A model generated the notes under the pieces. That model saw only the letters and a list, made by a program, of their open reading frames with translations, was not told where the DNA came from and ran no database searches. The position numbers and the translations under genes were made by a program. Shown piece by piece: positions 56,712 through 64,000 of a DNA stretch of 64,000 bases (positions are counted from its first letter, which is position 1; each line of letters opens with the position of its first letter). Source of the stretch: Candidatus Omnitrophota bacterium (GTDB lineage: Bacteria; Omnitrophota; Gorgyraeia; Pluralincolimonadales; Pluralincolimonadaceae). The stretch is from the NCBI GenBank assembly GCA_028716565.1, contig JAQUPL010000001.1:147545-211544 (forward strand). The letters are read 5' to 3'.

Positions 56712-58892
56712 CTATACGGTCCAGGCCTGGGATTCGTAATCCGGCCCCGGGAGCGTTATTTCTATCTCCCCGGACTCCGGGCAGCGTTCTATCACGGTGC
56801 CGGCGGCCTCGACCGTAACCGTCAGCTTTAGCAGGTCTCCCGGCCCGGCCTTGATGTCATTGAACTTTACGGCCAATTCCAGTATCTTATCATAGGCGAC
56901 GGCGGCGTCTCTTTTTACCTCTGCCCATGTCCCGTCTTTCGATTTTTCGGATATTGTATATTGTGGATCCTTGCTGTTGCGCAAAAGCGGCGCGGAAACC
57001 TTTATCCCTTTTTCCTGGAACAAGAGGTTAAGGCCGTATTCTTCCTTATTTTCGTTCTCCCGGTCCGGGGGAATATCAAACCGTAAATAAAGGGCCTCCG
57101 AATCGAAACCGAAATATATCTGTTTTATTATCGTTTCCGACTGGTGCATAGTGCCGCCGCGCTTGCTGGTATCGATCAGGCCCGCGTTTATCCATTCGAA
57201 ATAGTTCGTGTCCATTCCGTCTATCACGGGTTTTGTGAAACCGTAAGGCTCCCTTACGATCTTCGCCTTCTTTGTCCTTATCGGCAAGGATAGGTACTCG
57301 GGAGGTTCTTTGCCTATCAGGGTGTAGACATTCGCGAGGTGCGACCTGAAGAGCCGGTCAAATTCCTCATCGTTGGCCGAGGAATTGTCATCACCGTACC
57401 ACCAGTTCCAGTCGCTTCCCTCGGCTATGTAGATCTCTTTCCATGCCTTCCTGAGGGTATCGGGGTCAGGCTGCTGCTTCTCGTAGTCCTTAAGTACGCT
57501 CCTGGTCTCTGAGAGATATTCCCACGCTTTATTCTTTTCCTCATGTCCTATCCATATACAGAAGTTAGCGTTTATCCATGAACCCGGATGGAGCCTGTTA
57601 AGCTTATCCTGAACCGGGAACTCGTCCAGGTATTCCGATACCGTTACGAACTTTAAAGCCGGGTCGTTCGAAGCGTTCCTGTATAAACAGTTAAGGAAGT
57701 CGCCGCCGTCGTTAGGATAAAACTCCCACGCGTTCTCTCCGTCAAGGATTATAGGGACAAGATACGGGACTTTGGATTTCGGGAGCCTCCCCTTGATCGC
57801 GCGCAGGCGGTTTAGCAGGTCTCCCGCGGCATTTTCCGCGCTCCAGCTCTGGTATACGAAGCCTATGGAATCCGATAAGGCCCTGTCCCTGAATATAAGC
57901 GATAATCCGCCCTGCTTTCTTTCAAGCATATACGGCCTGTAGAGGGCTTCCTGCGTTTTTTCCCTCCCGAGCGACCTGAAAAGTATCTCTTCGTCCGTAG
58001 CGGCCCATTTAAGCCCCGCGTCTATTATAAGGTCTGCGGCCTGTTCGCTTACCGACCCTTCTGAAGGCCACATGCCCCTCGGCGGCCTTCCGAACTTCTC
58101 CGTATAGAATTTTACCGCCATATCTAACTGTGCCTTGGCGTCTTCCGGATGGCGGAAATTTATCTTGGGCAGCCTGATCTCCGGATAGGATATCTTTGCC
58201 GTGTCGGAATCGCACAGTAAAGGCAGTATCGGGTGGAAGAACGGTGAAACGGACACCTCTATGCTGCCCTTCTCTTGCATATCCTTGTAGGTAGGTATTA
58301 TCTCCTGCATGATCCCTAGCTGTTTTTTCATGACCAACTTCTTGTCTTCCTCGGAAAAGTATTTCCCTTTCCCGGCAAGTTCCTTGAGTTGGGGGTCTTT
58401 TTCCCTGAAGACAGGGTCTATCCAGGCAAGGTTAAAAAGCAGCTGGAGATCGGTGAAATCCTGCGGAGTGAAGCGCTTGATCGCGGCTAGGGCATCTTCA
58501 GGGGAAAAGTGCCTTCCCCTTTTTACCAGCAGGTCGTAATATCTCGGGAAGCGTTTTATCATCGTGTCCCAATTCGCCATAAAAAAATTGCGCAGGATAA
58601 AAAGTTTTTCCTGTTCGGTAAGATCGGCAGGTTTCTTCAGGGTGAGTTCATATGACCTGTCTTTTTTCGAGCCGGGATCAAGCATATCCTCTATCTGTTC
58701 GATAAGGGACGGGACGAGATTAAAGGTCTGGTGGATATACGGGAAACCCTGCAGGATCTTTACCATGTCCAGATAATCCTTGACGGCATGGAGCCGGACC
58801 CACGGCATTACCGTCTCGCCGGTAACGAGGTTCCTATAGAAAGGCTGGTGCATGTGCCAGACAACGGCTATATATAGAGGAGAATCAGACAT
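56712..58892 (-). CDS. glycoside hydrolase family 57 enzyme (alpha-amylase / branching-enzyme-like)
   Basis: 726 aa. N-terminal IAVVWHMHQPFYRN GH57 signature; long C-terminal extension. Confidence 0.8.
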   Translation of the reverse strand: MSDSPLYIAVVWHMHQPFYRNLVTGETVMPWVRLHAVKDYLDMVKILQGFPYIHQTFNLVPSLIEQIEDMLDPGSKKDRSYELTLKKPADLTEQEKLFILRNFFMANWDTMIKRFPRYYDLLVKRGRHFSPEDALAAIKRFTPQDFTDLQLLFNLAWIDPVFREKDPQLKELAGKGKYFSEEDKKLVMKKQLGIMQEIIPTYKDMQEKGSIEVSVSPFFHPILPLLCDSDTAKISYPEIRLPKINFRHPEDAKAQLDMAVKFYTEKFGRPPRGMWPSEGSVSEQAADLIIDAGLKWAATDEEILFRSLGREKTQEALYRPYMLERKQGGLSLIFRDRALSDSIGFVYQSWSAENAAGDLLNRLRAIKGRLPKSKVPYLVPIILDGENAWEFYPNDGGDFLNCLYRNASNDPALKFVTVSEYLDEFPVQDKLNRLHPGSWINANFCIWIGHEEKNKAWEYLSETRSVLKDYEKQQPDPDTLRKAWKEIYIAEGSDWNWWYGDDNSSANDEEFDRLFRSHLANVYTLIGKEPPEYLSLPIRTKKAKIVREPYGFTKPVIDGMDTNYFEWINAGLIDTSKRGGTMHQSETIIKQIYFGFDSEALYLRFDIPPDRENENKEEYGLNLLFQEKGIKVSAPLLRNSKDPQYTISEKSKDGTWAEVKRDAAVAYDKILELAVKFNDIKAGPGDLLKLTVTVEAAGTVIERCPESGEIEITLPGPDYESQAWTV

Positions 58893-58950
58893 GAAGGTCC
58901 TTTATTATATCCCAACAAGCGCGCTTGTTGGGATTACTCGCTTCGCGGAT

Positions 58951-58988
58951 AAAAAAACCCCCTGGGGATTTCGCCCCAGGGGGTTTTC
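58951..58988. terminator. bidirectional intrinsic terminator
   Basis: A7-CCCCCTGGGG-ATTTCG-CCCCAGGGGG-T4 between the OMP gene stop and the GH57 start. Confidence 0.6.
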
Positions 58989-59001
58989 CATCTAACTGAT
59001 G

Positions 59002-60606
59002 TTAGAAGGTTACTTTCACACCGCCAGTCACGATCACAGCAGGGGTCGTGCTCTTGGTGAAACCATCACTGTTGTTGTCATAGAACGTCTCCGGAACGAA
59101 CACGGCGCCAGTCAGATCAAACTGGACATCTTCCGTGTAATCGTACAGGATCGTCGTATCGACCTCATCACCGAGGTTTCTGCTTCTTCCGTCGACCGGT
59201 TTCTTCTCGGTCCAGAAGTGCAGCCATCTCGCCTTGATCGAGAGATCGTCCATCGGTTTCAATCCGCCATCGATATACATCGTTATCGCGTCGGTCGAAC
59301 CTGACGGATCTTTCATGTCTAGCGTCTGGTAGATGTTACCACCGACGTTGTTGAACGCAGCCTGCTGACCGGCCATGTAACCGCGGATCATGGACAGGGA
59401 GTTGCCCCTGAACATCGGATCCCATGCGGTCCACTTGCCGCTGTTGCCGGCGTTCTGGCCTGAAAGAATTTCGACGCCTAAGCCTAAATTAGGTTTGTAG
59501 GCGACTTCTTTCCAGGTATAGTTACCATAGGCATTGATCGCCCAGGCTAACTTGCCTCTGTTGATAGAGCCGTTGTCGGTGCCTTTGCCCCACGGACCTT
59601 CAGAGTCCTTGAGCTGGCCCCACTGTAACGCGCCTTCACCGGAAAGTACGAGGTTCTCGATCGGATCGATATCACCCCTCATACCGAATACATGTGTTTC
59701 TTCCTTCTCGTATACCCTGGCTCCTACGCCCGGAACGGACTGGTCCAATATGAAACCGCCGAACGCGCCGCCGGTCGCTAAGTAATCGACAGGATCAATC
59801 AATCCCATGTCGTCGTTCAAGCCGGGATTATACTTGAAGAAATAGTAGGCTTCGGCTTTCGCATTGTACTGGTCGAACTTGTATGCGACATTGGCTCCGG
59901 CCAACTCTTCATCGACTCTCGCGGTTCCGCTCTGGCTGATCTTCGAGTAGATAGCATCAACCGTCCACGGATCCAGGTCTAAGGTCGCGCGTATAGCGTC
60001 ATAGTATGTAGCATCGCTAAACTGCAAACCGTTAGCACCGCCCGGGAAGTAGAAGTTGTTTCCGCCACCCAGGTTAAACCGGTCAGGCGCCAAGTCCACA
60101 CCAGGAAGAGCGAACGTGCCCTGCGGATCCCTGTAGATACCAGGACCGACTATGAAACCGTTACCGAATCTCAGGTCCTGACGTCCGATCTTTAATGTCA
60201 ACGGCTGATAGAAGAACTCCTTCAATGTGACGAAGGCCTTGTTCACACTAACAGCGTCCCTGGCGATGAGGTTATCTCCCCATTTAGCCTGGTTCGATAA
60301 GACGATCGAAGCCGAGACGTTATCGGTCAGGTCTGAATCCACTCCGACCTTTATGGTCTGGAGAACGAAGGATTCCGAGTCTTCGTTTATGGAGTTGCCC
60401 GAACCTGTCATCTGGCCGGGGTCAACCACAGGCGAAAAGCGCCTTGCGGTGCTTTCTTCGCTCTTTGACGCGAGGTCAAAGTTGGACATGTAGATAGCCT
60501 GTTCCTCTATGGAACCGCTAACTTTAATGTTCTGTACCGCAGCGAACGTAGGAGCCGCTATCGCGACTACTATCGCAGCTACGAAGAGAACTTTCATTAA
60601 CTTCAT
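59002..60606 (-). CDS. outer-membrane beta-barrel protein (porin-like)
   Basis: 534 aa. Signal peptide MKLMKVLFVAAIVVAIAAPTFA. Gly/aromatic-rich alternating strands, C-terminal VKVTF. Confidence 0.5.
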   Translation of the reverse strand: MKLMKVLFVAAIVVAIAAPTFAAVQNIKVSGSIEEQAIYMSNFDLASKSEESTARRFSPVVDPGQMTGSGNSINEDSESFVLQTIKVGVDSDLTDNVSASIVLSNQAKWGDNLIARDAVSVNKAFVTLKEFFYQPLTLKIGRQDLRFGNGFIVGPGIYRDPQGTFALPGVDLAPDRFNLGGGNNFYFPGGANGLQFSDATYYDAIRATLDLDPWTVDAIYSKISQSGTARVDEELAGANVAYKFDQYNAKAEAYYFFKYNPGLNDDMGLIDPVDYLATGGAFGGFILDQSVPGVGARVYEKEETHVFGMRGDIDPIENLVLSGEGALQWGQLKDSEGPWGKGTDNGSINRGKLAWAINAYGNYTWKEVAYKPNLGLGVEILSGQNAGNSGKWTAWDPMFRGNSLSMIRGYMAGQQAAFNNVGGNIYQTLDMKDPSGSTDAITMYIDGGLKPMDDLSIKARWLHFWTEKKPVDGRSRNLGDEVDTTILYDYTEDVQFDLTGAVFVPETFYDNNSDGFTKSTTPAVIVTGGVKVTF

Positions 60607-60891
60607 TTTCGAATCTCCTTGGTTAAGTTATATTACGAAACAGGTTTAAAAAACAAACCCACGTATTTTCCATTTATATTGCTTATCATCATGATTTTGA
60701 TAGCTTCCGGCGTTTTAAGTTCATCCCTCCTCTCTCGCCATGTCTGAAACCATCCATGATGGTAGAGCCTAACTTTGTGCTTAAATTAACATAATAGGGG
60801 GTGTTTGTCAAGCATTTTTTGCTGTTTTTAGGGTATTTTTTAATGAACCATCGGCGGGGGCATATGGCGTTCAGGACGCCCCCGTAAACTT

Positions 60892-61819
60892 CTATTTTCT
60901 TTCCATCTCCACGGAACGTTGGATCACTATCTTGAGCTTGGAAGATTCGGCGCCGCTTATGAGCGCCGCCGCTTCGTCGACAGACATACCGGATACGGAT
61001 TTCCCGTCGATCGAGACGATCTTGTCCTTCGACTTTATGCCGGAAAGATCGGCCGGTTCACCCACTATGACGCTGTTGATCAGGAGGTCGTTGCCTGCGG
61101 CATCCAGGAATATCCCCACCCCGACGAAAGAATGTTTCTGGTAGTCGATCTTTTTCCTGGTAAGTTCGCATTCCCTCTGTATGAGGAAAACAAAAGCGGC
61201 ATTATCGCCCTTAGAAAGGTAGTCGGTTATCTCTTCAAGGGATTTTCCGCCGGCGGCCATATCATTGATCTGTATTATTTCGTCTTTCGGTCTTAACCCA
61301 ACGGCTTCCGCTTTTCCGCCGGAGGCGACATTGGACAGGGCGACCGTGCCGTTTGAAACGTCGATCGTAAAGCCGAACCCGCTTTTGACCTTGTCCTTCT
61401 TTTTAGCCTCTTCCATTTCCCTCTGTTCCAGCTCTCTCCTTTTCTTTGCCTCAGCTTTACCCTTGATCTTTTCCGCTTTTGCGAGCGCGTCTTTAGCTGG
61501 CTGGTAATCCGCGTTCGCCCGGAGGGCTTTATTGTATTGTTCTATGGCGGCATCTAAATTATTTGCAGCGAGGTACTGGTTCCCGAGGTTGACGAAGTTC
61601 TCCTCCGCGGGTATTTTTTTTATTTCCGCCACCATGTCCTTGTTGATCTTCATCGTGCCGATCTTGATCCTTACGTTGTAGTAGTCATTTCCCTCTTCGG
61701 TAATGACCCCTTCCATCTTCCTGCCGTCATTTAAGATGATAGTATCGGCGCAGGCAGTTGGCCTAATACAGACTCCCAAGACAGAGACAGCAAATATAAA
61801 GACAAGAATCATTCGCATT
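60892..61819 (-). CDS. PDZ-domain protein with N-terminal anchor and TPR-like/coiled-coil segment
   Basis: Start reassigned to ATG at 61819 (RBS AAGGGGG; MRMILVFIF signal). Two PDZ-like GLRPKDEIIQIND / GIKSKDKIVSIDG motifs. Confidence 0.55.
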
Positions 61820-61980
61820 TTAACCCCCTTTCTTCTATTCCCCGAAGATGCCTCGGCAGCCGTCTTCGGACCATGATCAAATCCTATTATAGTGATATCA
61901 TCCGGAATTCGCAACTCCTTTTCCGGGATATCATTTTGGCGCAGCTTCCTTAAGACGAACTCGGGGTGGCCGTCAAGCGT

Positions 61981-62436
61981 TTACTTTAAGGGGGATTTCG
62001 GTTTTTCGGATTTCGGGCCTACGGAGATGGTAATCGTGGATTTGGTCCTGCTGCCTTCTATTACAACGATGCAGTTTTGTCCGGGTTTTTCGAAACTCAT
62101 CTGTTTCAGCCCGAATTCTATTGTGTTAATTGGCTGCCAATTGTAAGCGGGCATATGCTGTTTGTAGAACTGCATGACAGATTCCTGCCCGGCCTTGCCC
62201 TCGTATCTCAGGACGCCTGCCCGTACGGACTCGGTCTGGAATATGAACGATTCTTTGGGGAGTTGTGAAAAGCCCGCAGGTACGGGAATATCGTCAAATC
62301 TCAGTAGCGGGGAAACGGCAAGATTTTTTTCAACGGCGGGTGATCCCTGTCCGGTCGTAGCGCAGCCGCCGGCAGACAGGGTGACCAGTGGAATGAGAAA
62401 AAAATAGATCGCGACGCGAAAACAGGGTCTTTTCAT
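61981..62436 (-). CDS. hypothetical lipoprotein
   Basis: 151 aa. Lipobox LSAGGCATT. Confidence 0.4.
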   Translation of the reverse strand: MKRPCFRVAIYFFLIPLVTLSAGGCATTGQGSPAVEKNLAVSPLLRFDDIPVPAGFSQLPKESFIFQTESVRAGVLRYEGKAGQESVMQFYKQHMPAYNWQPINTIEFGLKQMSFEKPGQNCIVVIEGSRTKSTITISVGPKSEKPKSPLK

Positions 62437-62519
62437 CTTTTCCCATAGTAAGAGAGGGACAGAATTTCTTCCATCCCTCTATTTATTATAATGTCCTATA
62501 GGAACTCTATTAACTGATG

Positions 62520-62897
62520 TTAATTCGTCGGCTGTCCGATGAATTCTGGGTTCAACCAGGTTTTTTCATACGGAGGAATCGGGAACGTTACGGTGTCAAA
62601 AAGACCAGAGGCCGTCCTGACAACGCCCTTGACCGTTCCTTTTATGCCGCCAACTATGACACCGAATACCGGATTGCTCTCCTTTATCGACTTATCCATC
62701 GCGATAGGGATCTCAACCCAACCTGTCGCAAAGTTGGCTAAACCTCTGCGCAGTTTGCTTCCGGCGTTAGCGGCATAGCTCGGTACTGCCATTCCGATCA
62801 GCAATGATATAACAAAGAGTACCGTCACCATTTTCCATACGTTGTTCTTGAACATGATTTTTTGTGTCACCTCCTCTCGGTTAACATCATTGAGCAA
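62520..62897 (-). CDS. small hypothetical exported protein
   Basis: About 100-125 aa with signal peptide. KLRRGLANFATGWVEIP motif of unknown function. Confidence 0.35.
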   Translation of the reverse strand: MLNDVNREEVTQKIMFKNNVWKMVTVLFVISLLIGMAVPSYAANAGSKLRRGLANFATGWVEIPIAMDKSIKESNPVFGVIVGGIKGTVKGVVRTASGLFDTVTFPIPPYEKTWLNPEFIGQPTN

Positions 62898-62934
62898 AAT
62901 ATAGCATAGTAGTAATTTTTTGTCAATAAAAAAA

Positions 62935-63576
62935 TTATAAATTGGCTAAAAGTGACAAAGAATTGACGAAAATCGCCTTTATTTGCCCGGCCGAAAGCCC
63001 GCATCCCGTAAGTATATTTTCCGCCATGTCTTCCGTGATCAGGTCTTCCGGATCGTGTGAGTCGGTATTTAAGACGAGCTTTGCCCTCGCCTGCGCGGCG
63101 ACGCGGGCGACATGCCCGTTCGTGAGCGAATGGCCGTTTTTCGCCGTTATCTCAAGATATATGCCGCGTTTCGCGGCGGTCCTGGCGTCTTTTAACGTTA
63201 TGAGGCCGGGATGGGCGAGTATGTCTATGTCGCATTCCAATGCCTCAGCATTGGTCCCGGGTATGACCGGCTCGACTATCGTCTCTCCGTGGACTAAAAT
63301 TAATTTTATGCCGTTGGCGCGCGCGTATGTCACGAGTCCCCGCAGGTCTTTGGGCGGGACATGGGTGAGCTCTATCCCCGGGACCACTTTTATCTTCGAT
63401 GATGTAAGGACCTTGGCCGCCTTGACTATCCTCGGTACGAGAAAATCGATATTGGAGGCGTCGGCGTGGTCGGCCAGGCCAATGCCCTTATAGCCGGCAG
63501 CGTAAGCCCTCCTCACAAGTTCCGACGGCAGGAGCGACCCGTCGCTTAACAATGTATGCGTGTGGAAGTCTATCAT
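62935..63576 (-). CDS. PHP-family metal-dependent phosphoesterase
   Basis: 213 aa. MIDFHTHTLLSDGS PHP motif I and downstream His motifs. Confidence 0.75.
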   Translation of the reverse strand: MIDFHTHTLLSDGSLLPSELVRRAYAAGYKGIGLADHADASNIDFLVPRIVKAAKVLTSSKIKVVPGIELTHVPPKDLRGLVTYARANGIKLILVHGETIVEPVIPGTNAEALECDIDILAHPGLITLKDARTAAKRGIYLEITAKNGHSLTNGHVARVAAQARAKLVLNTDSHDPEDLITEDMAENILTGCGLSAGQIKAIFVNSLSLLANL

Positions 63577-63609
63577 AAAAGGGACCTTTCGTTATCGTCC
63601 TTGGTATAT

Positions 63610-63687
63610 CTGGTGGGCCTGAGAGGACTCGAACCTCCCGCACGCGGTTTAGGAAACCGCTGCTCTATCCAGATGAGCTACAGGCCC
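63610..63687 (-). tRNA. tRNA-Arg (anticodon CCT)
   Basis: Reverse complement reads GGGCCTGTAGCTCATCTGGATAGAGCAGCGGTTTCCTAAACCGCGTGCGGGAGGTTCGAGTCCTCTCAGGCCCACCA. Anticodon loop TTCCTAA. CCA is encoded. Confidence 0.85.
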
Positions 63688-63691
63688 GGAA

Positions 63692-64000
63692 TCAAAATTC
63701 TATCAGCGAGAAGACCTGCCTGTCCTTAAGGCGTTCGCGGCCTTTAAGGAATGTCAATTCGATGAGAAAAGCGACTTCGACTATCTTGGCCCCCATCTTT
63801 TCGATGAGGCCGGATACGGCGCTCATCGTGCCGCCTGTTGCCAGCAAGTCGTCAATCAGCAAAACATTGTCACCGGGGTTTATCGCGTCCTTGTGTATCT
63901 CAAGCGAATCGGTCCCGTATTCCAATTCGTACTCTACCCTGTGTGTCTCATGCGGCAATTTGCCTTTTTTCCGGACGGGGACGAGGCCTGCGCCGAGCCT
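63692..64000 (-). CDS. apt: adenine phosphoribosyltransferase (N-terminus outside window)
   Basis: [20 protein letters not shown]-binding motif; typical APRT C-terminal region. ORF continues to the window edge. Confidence 0.8.
   Translation of the reverse strand, partial: RLGAGLVPVRKKGKLPHETHRVEYELEYGTDSLEIHKDAINPGDNVLLIDDLLATGGTMSAVSGLIEKMGAKIVEVAFLIELTFLKGRERLKDRQVFSLIEF

Overview
This 64 kb window is from a high-GC bacterium with a Gram-negative-type envelope (outer-membrane beta-barrels, PEP-CTERM proteins, HflKC, ExeA/GspB). The core is visibly GC-rich by eye (about 55-60%, not computed). Most genes lie on the + strand as a densely packed housekeeping backbone: efp, accB-accC, a pfk with the PPi-type signature, gmhA-rfaE2, thiE-thiC, a PfkB kinase, aroB, rnc, metY-metX-metW, a nitroreductase-glutaredoxin-trxB cluster, hflK-hflC and lexA-dinB. 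The last 9 kb is on the - strand (suhB-like, PilZ, GH57, porin-like OMP, PDZ protein, PHP phosphoesterase, apt). Two tRNAs were found by hand-folding: tRNA-Gly(CCC) on + and tRNA-Arg(CCT) on -. The window carries an unusually rich c-di-GMP signalling complement: three tandem stand-alone PilZ genes next to exeA/gspB, a fourth membrane-anchored PilZ, a PAS-GGDEF-HD-GYP protein, and a REC-GGDEF(degenerate)-MshEN-like protein. Non-coding highlights are (1) a promoter-to-terminator structured RNA of about 190 nt at 23.6 kb, either 6S-like or a riboswitch-type leader, (2) a terminator-containing leader upstream of metY, and (3) a leaderless-looking lexA promoter with a perfect 16-bp palindrome in its spacer. 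The most interesting region is an accessory segment of about 11.5 kb with lower GC (41.4-53.0 kb) between hflC and lexA. Its first 7 kb is bracketed by two copies of an about 58-bp terminator-like direct repeat. It encodes a PEP-CTERM protein, a 764-aa secreted protein, a T4 endoV-like pyrimidine-dimer glycosylase, a HEAT-repeat protein, a frameshifted CPBP protease and a GIY-YIG protein. Its distal 4.9 kb is strongly AT-rich and encodes a compact nuclease-type defense-candidate cassette: an OLD-family ABC-ATPase+TOPRIM protein (GajA-like), a DUF262/ParB-like protein and a protein with an Abi-type HEPN-like Rx4H motif. I could not assign this gene combination to a named system, and it is the best candidate here for an undescribed defense system. 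A diverged duplicate of the last 57 nt of trxB lies 2.4 kb downstream of the real trxB end, bracketing four exported or membrane proteins, which suggests an old insertion into the trxB 3-prime end. All calls rest on motif recognition by eye. No database search or RNA folding program was run.
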